Below are positions 51,301 to 64,000 of a stretch of 64,000 nt of DNA, in pieces. Within the stretch, counting starts at the first letter, position 1; every line of letters starts with the position of its first letter. Origin of the DNA: Microcoleus sp. (GTDB lineage Bacteria; Cyanobacteriota; Cyanobacteriia; Cyanobacteriales; Microcoleaceae); NCBI GenBank assembly GCA_052279835.1, contig CP181291.1, forward strand, positions 4,704,001 through 4,768,000, given 5' to 3'. The position numbers and the translations under genes were made by a program. The notes beneath the pieces are model-generated. The model worked only from the letters and a program-made list of their open reading frames with translations. It was not told the DNA's origin and did no database searches.

Positions 51301-52232
51301 CAATTCCCTTTAGCGCTTTACCTATTGATAACGACCAATACCTAGGAGATAGATTTCTCCTACGCTATGCTCCCAGTTGCCAAGTTTTAGAATTTTGTCA
51401 CAAACGCCCTCAAACCAAAGTTCAACTGAGGTACGGAACGGTGGAAGATGCAACTGAAGACCTACCTTGCGTGAGTTTTGAATGTTCTCAACTCGCTCAA
51501 ATATATAGCATTCCTGAAGAACGACGGCTGCGCGGTATCGGTCAAGCAACTGTCAGCAATTATCGGCGCTTGGTAGAGCAAGTTTCCGGTCTTCATTCGA
51601 GCCATCATGCCCAATCTCGCTTTGATAATCCTTTAGAATCCAAGCTATTTTTAGGTGATGGATCGATTACCCTGGGGCAACTCTTAACTCCGGCTTGGAG
51701 GTTCCCCAATTTGCATGATGTTTTCCTTTCTTGCTGTGAAACAAATCTTGGCTTAACTGAAATAACAGATGATGTTCTGACTCTTTCGACTGGATTCTTA
51801 TGTGCTGGTGCGAGAAGTGTTATCGCTACCCTTTGGGCTGTTGACGATTTAGCAACCGCACTATTTTCCATTTTTTACCACCAATACCGACAGCAAGGAA
51901 AAAGTCGCATTGTCTCTCTGCAACAAGCCCAAGATAAGTTGCGATCGCTCAGCGGTCAAGCACTCAGTGAATACCAGCAGCAGCTAATACCATTACTTGA
52001 GAGTAAATTTAGGGCGGCCGAAAAAGCAAAAAAAGCAGCTAAAGAAAGTCGCGATCGCGAAGTCAAAGGAAGTGAAACTTATATCAACTGGTATGACCAA
52101 TACAAGCAACACACAAAGGTAGCAGAACGTCTTCGGAGCACCAAGAACCAATTCAAAGATGCGATCGAGAAACCTCTTCCCTTCTCTCACCCCTCCTACT
52201 GGGCCGCTTTCACCTGTTCCGGCTTGCGGTAA
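48333..52232 (+). CDS. TPR-CHAT (caspase-like) protease
   Basis: Many ~47-aa WAxTQNNLGxAY repeats; CHAT LIVVPH..LH.IPFSAL, LHSSHHA (His), LSCCETNLG (Cys), YWAAF. Confidence 0.92.
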   Translation: MSAKKIDEQRQQAYFDFLMKLLLVAAKSEGNNKLFYPLFLENIELLNEEFALYLRIKVNEFYKEYEFQQCLTLAAILTLISEAIQKFPQGSKANNLEIAIAGYEAALPILSHHENPIVWAAAQNNLAAAYTARIRGSRAFNIERAIQSYQNTLQVRTRINLPADWARTQMNLGNAYLNRIEGDRADNIEQCIEYYKAALLVFSPEAFPVQWADIQNNLGLAYKERIYGNASDNIEQAIQCYLAALQIFTYEAFPEQWAKASSNLAIAYQERSQGEPADNIERSIAILQSTLQVNTREAFPYKWANTQVNLGAAYFRRIQGKQAHNIELAITCYEASLQVLTKQESPQLWAGIQNNLGAAYSQRIKGEKADYLEQAIHCYKAALEIRTVSALPIDWAQTQDNLGSAYLRRIIGDRADNLEQAIQHYQAVLQVRTHQALPQLWAQTQNNLGNTYLDRIRGDRAENIDRAITCYQAALQVYSRERTPQSWADTQMNLGNAYCNRILGDTATNIERGIQCYQAALSVYTRETHPLNWAKIQQNLGNAYRDRNAGDRAENLEQAIRSCEATLQVYSQELDPYYWANAQVNLGNAYAHRVKGVREENLKAAIDCYHKALQVNTREALPEDWAMTVTNLGAAYEKLGETEKAIAHFNLALEIYTPAAFPRDCLRVGRNLGNIAFITQQWDKAIEANSQAIEAVETSRSWSSSEQRRQEILESSFRVYANTIQACVNNKLLDQAIEYVERSRSQRLVDLIASNDLYQGESIPPEIQTYLQQYETLQQQIDSYRSPQLSKIGLRPKKPGFYERASIYPRDIDAETGFLVPVRKSCKIDQEFKNVKISTRSRAALAAINESIAQLEAQKQQVWEQLRRLDPVLAGEMKVAAPNLAHIQKLIDYQTTAILSFYTTYQNTHIFVIKRDRITCHTCLEQDKGLQAWIFERWLLPYVQHKAEWQNSLQSTLSQLANSLDLKQLIEHHLSGIEELIVVPHLYLHSIPFSALPIDNDQYLGDRFLLRYAPSCQVLEFCHKRPQTKVQLRYGTVEDATEDLPCVSFECSQLAQIYSIPEERRLRGIGQATVSNYRRLVEQVSGLHSSHHAQSRFDNPLESKLFLGDGSITLGQLLTPAWRFPNLHDVFLSCCETNLGLTEITDDVLTLSTGFLCAGARSVIATLWAVDDLATALFSIFYHQYRQQGKSRIVSLQQAQDKLRSLSGQALSEYQQQLIPLLESKFRAAEKAKKAAKESRDREVKGSETYINWYDQYKQHTKVAERLRSTKNQFKDAIEKPLPFSHPSYWAAFTCSGLR
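50707..50809. mobile_element. 103-bp miniature element inserted in frame in the CHAT gene
   Basis: AGGACT/AGTCCT ends, AAACCCGGTTTCT/AGAAACCGGGTTT core, TAAGA duplicated; net +108 nt. Confidence 0.8.
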
Positions 52233-52304
52233 CTCAAACAGGACTTAGATCGGGTTCGGGTAATTGCTTATAAATCCTGTACGGGCATAGGGCTCGCGGG
52301 CCTT

Positions 52305-52495
52305 CATCGTGTCAACAACCAGGTACAACCGATAATCGGGCAGGGGTTGAAACCCCTGCCTCAAAGCTAAAGTCCTCGGTCGAGGACTGATGAGTTTTTC
52401 AGTCCTCGACCGAGGACTTTAGCTATTAGACAGGGAATTCATTCACGCTTAGGACTACCGGGTAGGCGGGCTGACAGCTTAAGTTGACACGAAGA
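52305..52495. mobile_element. Diverged MITE copy
   Basis: CGTGTCAAC...GTTGACACG ends; GGGGTTGAAACCCC and AGTCCTC..GAGGACT hairpins. Confidence 0.7.
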
Positions 52496-52665
52496 AGGGC
52501 ATAGGGCATAAGGCACGATCGTCCTGTTCGTGAAACACCCGGTTTCTGACCACCCCTGCGTCTGGGAAGAAACCCAGTTTTTTACCATTTCGGCGGGCTG
52601 TAACGCACTATTTTGGTGAGAAACCGGCTTTCTCACCAAAAATTTTTTCATTTCCCCCCAAAAAC

Positions 52666-52699
52666 CTGCATAATTTTTCGACTTGGCCCTGGTTAATAG
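52666..52699 (+). promoter_or_regulatory. 34-bp shared upstream motif, copy 1
   Basis: CTGCATAATTTTTCGACTTGGCCCTGGTTAATAG; 31/34 identical to 55872-55905. Confidence 0.65.
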
Positions 52700-52764
52700 A
52701 AAAGCGCAGTTGGCCAACTCGCTTCTCCCAAAATTTCTGACTCACCTTAACGGAGAAACGAGCA

Positions 52765-52881
52765 ATGACAGCATTTTATCAACTCATATCCTATCCCTCG
52801 CTAGGAGAGATTTTTCAGCCTCAAACCAAGAAAGGCGAGGATGAAGATGACGATCCTACTGTTCCACCTAACCTTCGCTAG
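52765..52881 (+). CDS. Unannotated 38-aa acidic, proline-tailed peptide
   Basis: MTAFYQLISYPSLGEIFQPQTKKGEDEDDDPTVPPNLR*, GGAG RBS, preceded by the shared motif. Confidence 0.55.
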   Translation: MTAFYQLISYPSLGEIFQPQTKKGEDEDDDPTVPPNLR

Positions 52882-52904
52882 TCATTTCTAAATCTTAGTC
52901 CCAG

Positions 52905-53135
52905 ACGCAGAAACCGGGTTTTTTTACGAACAAAACTTACGCACGCCGATCGAAGAAACCGGGTTTTTTACCGAATCTGTCGGTGGGAACCCAGTATTTT
53001 CGCAAAAACCCGGTTTCTGTAGGGGCGGTGCCCCCGTGCCCGCCCCCGCCCCGTGCGTAAGTCCTAACGAAAATACTGGATTTGAGCCTTTAATCCCGGT
53101 AAAAAACCCGGTTTCTTTGGTCTTGGTGCGTAATA
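52905..53135. repeat. Cluster of AGAAACCGGGTTT/AAACCCGGTTTCT repeats and a GTAGGGGCG REP (related copies ~17990-18060, ~52530-52635, ~55355-55425)
   Basis: Read directly. Confidence 0.75.
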
Positions 53136-53256
53136 CCAATTCGGGTTGGATCGGAATTATTTAACCGCAGAGTACGCAGAGAACACAGAGAATGAAAAGA
53201 GAGAGATGAATAATTCTGATGAAGGGCGGATTTGATCTAAGTCCTCAATCAATATT

Positions 53257-55266
53257 TTACTGCGAATTATGGGGATAATTCAAGCGCTGGCGTGCTGTGA
53301 TTTTCCAAACATCTAATTCCGGCAGTCTCCAATGAGCTCCTTGAGGTTTGCGATCGCCACCATCGCACTTCAAAAAACGATCGTAATCAACTAATGCTTC
53401 TTGGATCTTGCCTTGAGCATCTTTCACTTGTGCCAAAATATAATAAGTCGGTGGGTGAAGATGATTGAGTTCGATCGATTTTAAAAGCTGTAACTCAGCA
53501 TCGTTATAGCGATTTTGCAGGAAGTAAGCCCACCCCAGGTTTTTGTGCAAAGCCGCTAGAACCAGATCGTCTTTGACTTTCTCTACAATCGGCAATATCA
53601 GGTTAATTGCTGTCTCCACATTTCCCGATATAATTTCCAAACGTGCTAAATTACTAATAGCTGCATAAGCCCCTCGGTTGTTAAATCCGGCGGCGATTTG
53701 ATAGTGAATTCGTGCCGTAGGTAAATCTTGCAACTGTTCGTAAGTAGCTCCTAAGTTATAGTGAGATGCGGCTAAGTCAGGATTAAATCTGATGGCTTGG
53801 GTTAAGTATGCTTTGGCAGTTTGGAACTCTCCTGATAAATACTTTTTATGACCCAGTTGATTGAGGTATTTGGCAATCAATTGATGAATTATGTGTTTTT
53901 TTATTTCTGGATTCAGGGTAAAAGTATCTGCTCCGGCTTCAATAATTTTCACTAAAAATGCTTGTTTGATGAGCGATTCTAAAACGGGTTGCAAGTCAGA
54001 TATTTCTCCAGCAACGGCTAGATTGGATTTCAAATCATTGTTGCTGACGGGTTTAGTTCTCAAGGCCAAGCAACAGAGCAGGTAAATTTCTGTATCTGAT
54101 AAATCGGCGCTGGATTTTTGTAAATAATTTCGCAAAATTTGCTGTATAACTAAGGTTGTCTGCTGGATAAATTGGGTGATATTCCCTGAAAATAAGTCAG
54201 CAAAGTTAGCGGTGACTGTGTTTAAAAGTAAGGGATTGCCACTATATAATTGGCTCATTTCGGAAAATGACTTGTTTTCGGTACTGCTAGAAAACCTTTT
54301 TGCAGAATAGATTATTTTTTGGGCGCTTTGCTCGTCTAAGCCATTTAGTTGTAATACTTTAATAGGTAAAGTTTGTGCTCCGAGTAAAGTAAGTTCTAGG
54401 GGTTGATGCCAACTGGTGAGTAGCAAGCAACTTTGATGGCGGGATGTTGCTATTCGCTGGAATAAGTCTGCATAATTTTCGTATCCTGGTTGATAGCGAT
54501 CGCCCTGAAGGAGGATGCGATCGAGTTCATCGAATACTAACAAACACCGTGAGGAACGTAGGTATTTGAGCAATAAAGAGATTCTCTTTTCCGTATTCTC
54601 TGGTAAGTGGGTTTCTGGCTGGGGAGACAAGGATTGAATTAAATCGAATAAGATATTTGACAGGGGCGGGCGTTCTTTGAGCGATCGCCAAATGCAATAA
54701 TCAAACTCACCCTGAATTTGTTGTAGTGTGGTGAGGGCCAATGCAGTTTTGCCAATGCCTCCCATTCCCAGTAGTGTAACTAATCGACAACCATCGTTGA
54801 CTATCCATTGCTTTAAAGTGGCAAGTTCAGCACTGCGATCGTAGAAAATAGGGACATCGGGCGCTTCACCCCAATCGATACGGGGGCGTGTTTTCGCCGC
54901 TGTCTGTGAAGGAATAACTTCGCTCAGGGGCGGGGTAGTGTCAGCACTGACGCTAGAGTGTGCCGTGTCATTTTTAACAGAAATCCCATCGCTGGCTGTA
55001 CTATTAGTAAAATTAGCGACTTGCTGTTGATACTGTGAAATCAGGATTTGCTGCAATCGAGCCAGCTTTCCCGGCCCTCGGCCCACAATTTGAAATTTTT
55101 TGTAAACCTCTCCCAGTCTTTTCTGAAGCGCTTCTTTGCTGACTCCTAGTTCTTGTGCGATCGCATCCATCGGTTCACCTTGGATGGCTTTGGAGAGTGC
55201 CTCAAATTCGTTGTCGGAAATACCCAAATTGGTGGCTAGATTTCTTAAAAAGTTTTGGGGAATCAT
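53257..55266 (-). CDS. HTH + NB-ARC (STAND) + TPR protein
   Basis: HTH MDAIAQELGVSKEALQKRLGEVYKK; DWGEAPDV, GMGGIGKT, CLLVFD, SGNPL; TPR SHYNLGATYE, LHKNLGWAY. Confidence 0.88.
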   Translation of the reverse strand: MIPQNFLRNLATNLGISDNEFEALSKAIQGEPMDAIAQELGVSKEALQKRLGEVYKKFQIVGRGPGKLARLQQILISQYQQQVANFTNSTASDGISVKNDTAHSSVSADTTPPLSEVIPSQTAAKTRPRIDWGEAPDVPIFYDRSAELATLKQWIVNDGCRLVTLLGMGGIGKTALALTTLQQIQGEFDYCIWRSLKERPPLSNILFDLIQSLSPQPETHLPENTEKRISLLLKYLRSSRCLLVFDELDRILLQGDRYQPGYENYADLFQRIATSRHQSCLLLTSWHQPLELTLLGAQTLPIKVLQLNGLDEQSAQKIIYSAKRFSSSTENKSFSEMSQLYSGNPLLLNTVTANFADLFSGNITQFIQQTTLVIQQILRNYLQKSSADLSDTEIYLLCCLALRTKPVSNNDLKSNLAVAGEISDLQPVLESLIKQAFLVKIIEAGADTFTLNPEIKKHIIHQLIAKYLNQLGHKKYLSGEFQTAKAYLTQAIRFNPDLAASHYNLGATYEQLQDLPTARIHYQIAAGFNNRGAYAAISNLARLEIISGNVETAINLILPIVEKVKDDLVLAALHKNLGWAYFLQNRYNDAELQLLKSIELNHLHPPTYYILAQVKDAQGKIQEALVDYDRFLKCDGGDRKPQGAHWRLPELDVWKITARQRLNYPHNSQ

Positions 55267-55758
55267 TGTATTAGATTACTACAAAACATCGTTTTATATA
55301 AGGTTTTGCTGGTAGAGGAGGGGGTGAGCGATCTAGTCTTGGACGCATGGGTAGTCAGAAACCGGGTTTTTTTACGAAAATCCTCCGCTCAAAGCCGACA
55401 GTTCAAGTAAAAAACCCGGTTTCTTTGGTCTGATGCGCCCAGGACTGCGATCGCCCTTGGTGTCCACAACCTCTCCGCCTTGCTCTCTCATTGTATCCGC
55501 CCTATCTCACTTTTCTGAGATAATGACCGGCGATCTATCTTACGACAGGGAGAGCACAATAGCCAGACTCTCGTCAATGACAAAGCTGCTAGCTCACTCC
55601 TGAGTTGGCATCAAAAATGGATATTTGTGGGGCTAAGCCGTGAATTATCAAGCATTTGAGGGTGTGGGACTTCGCTGTATCAGAATGCTGAAGTGGCTAA
55701 GCGACCCATGCCTCTGGGCTAGTTTCTCTTTTTACTGAGGTTTAGCAAACTCATATAC

Positions 55759-55787
55759 TTGACCTTTGCAGAAAAACCTGTTAGGCT
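55759..55787 (+). promoter_or_regulatory. Possible sigma70-type promoter
   Basis: TTGACC-N17-TAGGCT with TG at the extended -10 position. Confidence 0.4.
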
Positions 55788-55871
55788 AATTCTCAGTTAA
55801 GTGAGCTAGGGGTCGATCGGGGCGGTTGAGGGCCAGATACTCTGGCAGATGGCAAACTTTCCCGTGGGTGT

Positions 55872-55905
55872 CTGCATAATTTTTTGACTTTCCCCTGGTT
55901 AATAG
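55872..55905 (+). promoter_or_regulatory. 34-bp shared upstream motif, copy 2
   Basis: CTGCATAATTTTTTGACTTTCCCCTGGTTAATAG, ~70 nt before the DGQHR ATG. Confidence 0.65.
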
Positions 55906-55976
55906 TTGGAAGTTCAGAGATGAGGGTTCAAAGCTCAAACATCCAACAAGTCCAGACATAAATATTGAGGTATGAA

Positions 55977-57290
55977 ATGGCGCTAGTTATTCCCTGTATT
56001 AAAGGCAGAATAGGTGACACCGAGTATTACCAAGCAACGATGCTTGCCAGCGACCTTGTACATCGGGTACGTCCTGCAAAAGAACTCGACGAATGGGCGA
56101 CGATGACCGTTGAAGATAGACTGCAACGTGAGCCAGATTATAAGCGAGTTGAGTCAGAAATTGCTCCTTACATTGCTCAGACGAAAGACCGCTTCTTCGG
56201 TTCGATGATTGTTTTGGTTTACAAGGGAAAGATTGACTTTGAAAACATAAATTCTCTCAACTCCAAACTCCCAAATGCTTACAAAACAGTTGTAGAAAAT
56301 ATGGGAGTCCTTACAATTAACGGCGGTTCTTTAATCATGCTCGATGGTCAACACCGCCTATTAGCTCTTGAGAAGGTAATTAAAGCTCAAGTAAATGGGT
56401 CATGTCGTGAGCAAGTGCCAAATGATGAAATCTGTGTCATTTTCATCAATCACGAAAGCAATGAAAAGACCCGGCGTATCTTCAATAAAGTTAACCGCTA
56501 TGCCAAACCAACCAGCAAAGGAGACAATATTATTACCAGTGAAGATGATGGCTATGCTATTATTGCTCGCCGTCTGCTAAGTGTTGGGGCACCTCTGGGA
56601 GTGAGAGATAAGGCGAGTAAAGATTCCATTGATGTGATAGTTGAGTGGAAGCAAAATACGCTTCCTGCTAAAAGCACAAAGCTGACGACTATCAGCGGTG
56701 TCTATGAGACTGTGAAGCTCATCCTCAATAGTAGAGATGTGCAATTTGATATCAAAACTCGCCCTAGCGAAGAAGAACTCGATAGCGCCTACGAATTGGC
56801 TGAGCAGTTTTGGAATACTGTGTTAGAAGGATCGCAGCCTTATCGAGAAGCACTCGCTGACAATAGCCAAATTCCAGAGATGCGTCAGGAAGACCAGCCA
56901 TATTCATTGCTGTTTAGACCGACTGCACAAATCGCTCTATTTCGAGGTCTGACCTTGGCAACAACTAGCGATCGCCTCAGCCTCACTGAAGCTGTGCATC
57001 GAGCCAACAAAATCGACTGGCGGATGACTTCACCTATTTGGACAAACGTGCTGGTACGCCCTGGCGGAGCGTTAGATAAGCAGAAAGAAGCGAACCGTCT
57101 TGCCTCGAAGTTAATTGCATATCTAATCGCTGCGGACAAAATGACTCAGGAAGAGGTAGATGATATCTGGCGCTCTTACAACCTAGCACGAGGGTACGAC
57201 GTTCACAATTCTGAGTTGGGAACGGAGTCAGAGGCTTTACCCAAATCCGTAACAGAAATCATTTACCAAACTGAAAAACTTGCCGCATAA
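55977..57290 (+). CDS. DGQHR-domain (DndB-like) protein
   Basis: LQREPD, RFFGSMIV, LDGQHRL, FNKVNRYAKP; RBS GAGG. Confidence 0.85.
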   Translation: MALVIPCIKGRIGDTEYYQATMLASDLVHRVRPAKELDEWATMTVEDRLQREPDYKRVESEIAPYIAQTKDRFFGSMIVLVYKGKIDFENINSLNSKLPNAYKTVVENMGVLTINGGSLIMLDGQHRLLALEKVIKAQVNGSCREQVPNDEICVIFINHESNEKTRRIFNKVNRYAKPTSKGDNIITSEDDGYAIIARRLLSVGAPLGVRDKASKDSIDVIVEWKQNTLPAKSTKLTTISGVYETVKLILNSRDVQFDIKTRPSEEELDSAYELAEQFWNTVLEGSQPYREALADNSQIPEMRQEDQPYSLLFRPTAQIALFRGLTLATTSDRLSLTEAVHRANKIDWRMTSPIWTNVLVRPGGALDKQKEANRLASKLIAYLIAADKMTQEEVDDIWRSYNLARGYDVHNSELGTESEALPKSVTEIIYQTEKLAA

Positions 57291-57393
57291 CCAATTAAAA
57301 AATTCTACAACTTCGTCCAATTGAGGTTGAATCGGCAAATCAAAGGTTCATATTTTCAATTTCTCAAAATATAAACTATGGAGGTATCGCAAA

Positions 57394-57732
57394 ATGGATG
57401 AATTTGTTAGAAAAGCTGCGGCACTGGGATTACCCGCAATTATGCTGGTAATTGTGATGGCAACTACAGGTTTAGCAGGTGCGGCTGCAATTACAGCAGC
57501 TTTAGCAACGTTAGGTGGCCCAGCAGGTATGTTAGGCGGAATTGCACTGCTGGGAATCATCGGTTTAGCTACAGAAACATTGTCTAAGTATGGTCTTGAA
57601 GCAGTGCTAATTGGGATTTACAGACAGCGCCTTCAAAACGGAGAATCCAGATCGCGTCTGTGCGGAGAAATTCGCAATTTACCTCTCTCTGGGGAAATGA
57701 AACACAGACTTGACGAAGAGTTTGGCTGTTAA
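57394..57732 (+). CDS. Small Gly/Ala-rich membrane protein
   Basis: GLAGAAAITAALATLGGPAGMLGGIALLG; RBS GGAGG. Confidence 0.7.
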   Translation: MDEFVRKAAALGLPAIMLVIVMATTGLAGAAAITAALATLGGPAGMLGGIALLGIIGLATETLSKYGLEAVLIGIYRQRLQNGESRSRLCGEIRNLPLSGEMKHRLDEEFGC

Positions 57733-57787
57733 TAGATAAGTAAACCAGACTGGGTACCACAATAATTTTCACCAACAGGTAAAAATC

Positions 57788-58396
57788 ATGACAGTTCTTC
57801 ACTGCACTCCGGCCATTAAAACAGTAATTTCTGCCGATAGACAATTTCTTAGCAAACTTAATGCGATCGACTTTGGCCCGATTGTTTTCAAGCTGATGCA
57901 CGCAGAAGATAGCAATCCAATGACGCGCGCCCAAGCAGAGAATGCCATCAAAAAGTACAAAATGTTTTTGTACTTAAACTTTAAATACCCCAATACTCGG
58001 ATCGTGCCAAACAAATTAATCGATCGAGCATGGCACGCTCACTTAATCGACAGCCAACTTTATGACCTTCACTGCTTAATTTTGTTCGAGCGTAAATTCC
58101 ATCACTTTCCCTATTTTGGACTGCGCGGGAAAGAAGATGCTCGAATCTTCCTGTTAGCATCAGGTCGCACCAAAGTATTGTTTGAGGAGCATTTCGGAAT
58201 GGGAATTTTAGAAGGAGACTTTCCCGATCCAAGTCTGTGCTGTGATGGCCGTCATAGCGATATAACCTGCGGAAATAGCACCAACAGTTTATCATTTTCC
58301 GATTTAGCAAAAGCTTACGCTTTACAGGATGAACTGCTAAAAGTTCGTCCGATACCAGAATATTTTGACAATGACGCACTCGCTATCTCTCTATAA
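57788..58396 (+). CDS. Glycine-rich-domain-containing (GRDP-like) family protein
   Basis: AIKKYKMFLYL, IVPNKLIDRAWHAHLIDSQLY, HHFPYFG. Confidence 0.7.
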   Translation: MTVLHCTPAIKTVISADRQFLSKLNAIDFGPIVFKLMHAEDSNPMTRAQAENAIKKYKMFLYLNFKYPNTRIVPNKLIDRAWHAHLIDSQLYDLHCLILFERKFHHFPYFGLRGKEDARIFLLASGRTKVLFEEHFGMGILEGDFPDPSLCCDGRHSDITCGNSTNSLSFSDLAKAYALQDELLKVRPIPEYFDNDALAISL

Positions 58397-58450
58397 ACAC
58401 AAAGTTGGAAAAGTGCGATCGCTCAACTAAACTAGGAGGAACCATTGATT

Positions 58451-58783
58451 ATGTTTATCGGACAAGTCGAACTGCGTAACTCTCACCGAGTCTACTACCA
58501 AGGAGATTCTTACCTAGTAGAGCAAATCAATCCAAAAAAAAAATACTCTGGCGATATTCCTGACAAAGTTGTAGAGTATCTATACAACGAACTCAAGGGT
58601 CGTAAAGTTACACCAAAAGATGCTTCTACCGTTCTCGATCCAGTCGCTAAAAACTGGAATCTTCCCTATACCGATGGTTGGCAACTTGACTACTACGCTC
58701 AGGAAGCATTAGTGGTACTTGTGGCATTAGGTAAAGCAATTCTAACTAAAGAAGGTCGAGCCTACTTCTACACCATTGCCTAA
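58451..58783 (+). CDS. Hypothetical protein
   Basis: RBS AGGAGG; ~110-aa ORF co-oriented with the cluster. Confidence 0.6.
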   Translation: MFIGQVELRNSHRVYYQGDSYLVEQINPKKKYSGDIPDKVVEYLYNELKGRKVTPKDASTVLDPVAKNWNLPYTDGWQLDYYAQEALVVLVALGKAILTKEGRAYFYTIA

Positions 58784-59129
58784 TTCAATCTGGGACGCAA
58801 AACATAATTATGTAGGGTGCGTAGTGCGCACCTTACCGCATTCAATCCAGGAGGTAAGTGCCAGCAAGATTTAAAACAAATAATCCCCACCAATCTAATA
58901 CTTTTTCCTACAACACTCAAAGACATGAAGTCTAAATCAGTTACGCAAATCACTGGTATTCCCGGTCAATTAGTCGGTGCAGTTCCCGTCCGAACCAGCG
59001 GTACAGGAACTCTTAAAATTGTTGGGGATACCTTACAAGGAAATTTTACTTCATTTTTTGCTTAATCTTCTCAAACAACAAAGCCCCTTTCTAGAAGAGA
59101 GAAAGAGGCATTATGTGTGGTAAATAAAT

Positions 59130-59248
59130 CCCAGGCATCGAGCTATTTTCTCAGGCAGTGACCCGCCAAATATCTTCGCCACCGCAGCGTTTAACAACCG
59201 AGTTCGGGATGGAATCGGAGTGGTGCCACTGCGTCATAGACACCTAGA
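59130..59248 (-). rRNA. rrf: 5S rRNA
   Basis: CCATCCCGAACTCGG...AAAATAGCTCGATGCC on the minus strand. Confidence 0.95.
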
Positions 59249-59311
59249 AAAACTGTGGGGTGTAAAACCCTGAAGACTGCATAGACACAAAGTAATCACC
59301 ATCTAAAATTG

Positions 59312-62213
<2,902 letters not shown>

Positions 62214-62410
62214 AACATCATTTACTGATGGTCTTTGGTGAGCGATGCTGATTTCTCAGTTTTCTCACCTGTTTGATGATTACTTTGTCTCTATGCAGTT
62301 TTCAAGGTTCTTACTAGAGTCGAGACTCCAGCATTCTGACTAGCTTTCGGCTGGTCTAGGTGCTGATTTCTACTTGATCTGTGTTATTTCTGGGCTTTGT
62401 TGAGTGAGAG

Positions 62411-62483
62411 TGGAGGTAAGCGGACTCGAACCGCTGACTTCCTGCGTGCAAGGCAGGCGCTCTACCAACTGAGCTATACCCCC
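62411..62483 (-). tRNA. tRNA-Ala(TGC)
   Basis: GGGGGTATAGCTCAG...TTGCAC...GGTTCGAGTCC. Confidence 0.96.
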
Positions 62484-62570
62484 ACTAAGCTAGTGCGTCA
62501 TTTTTCTGTGCCACATTCAGGACTTTTGGTTCCTTGACTGCACACTGAAAATTCTTCACTTGTTTCCAGG

Positions 62571-62644
<74 letters not shown>

Positions 62645-62761
62645 GTTACCTGAACCCTTTAATAGTTTGAAAGCTTTGACTCTATTATCTCGAACGACCA
62701 GGGATGACTGATTCTAGACCTTGATTGTTTAGGTTCGGTCTGTCTTCAGATGGTCTCCCTA

Positions 62762-64000
<1,239 letters not shown>

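Noticed and set aside
52439..53139. ORFs 52439..52717 and 52924..53139
   Set aside because: Translations of repeat elements (KPGF/ETGF motifs)
1..59000. Abundant GCGATCGC
   Set aside because: HIP1, an established cyanobacterial feature
58817..59065. 82-aa ORF before the 5S gene
   Set aside because: Starts in a REP and has no support; at most a gene remnant

Overview
Chromosomal window from a filamentous, Oscillatoriales-like cyanobacterium (Microcoleus/Tychonema type, inferred from dense GCGATCGC HIP1 sites, petM/ycf39 and the rRNA sequence). 1-25.6 kb is mostly housekeeping: msrA, murE, ffh, lptC, metG, hrcA, tRNA-Pro, ispG, two NAD kinases, pdxA, petM and ycf39. It also holds a divergent ATP-dependent DNA ligase and a 1200-aa BON/OmpA protein. 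26-35 kb is a decayed toxin-antitoxin island with an IS5, an IS630 and the remains of an integron (intI 5' fragment, divergent cassette, one full and one half attC). 35-40 kb has era, a NUDIX gene and an osmoprotectant-type ABC pair. 40-59 kb is an accessory signalling/defence-like block: TerB-dynamin plus partner, a nested REP/MITE/IS4 structure, a sigma-like/DUF1822/TPR-CHAT protease trio, an unannotated 38-aa peptide, an HTH-NB-ARC-TPR regulator and a DGQHR-led cluster. The peptide and the DGQHR gene share a 34-bp upstream motif (31/34 identical). The window ends in an rRNA operon on the minus strand (5S, 23S, tRNA-Ala, tRNA-Ile, partial 16S). All family calls come from reading motifs by eye; no searches were run.
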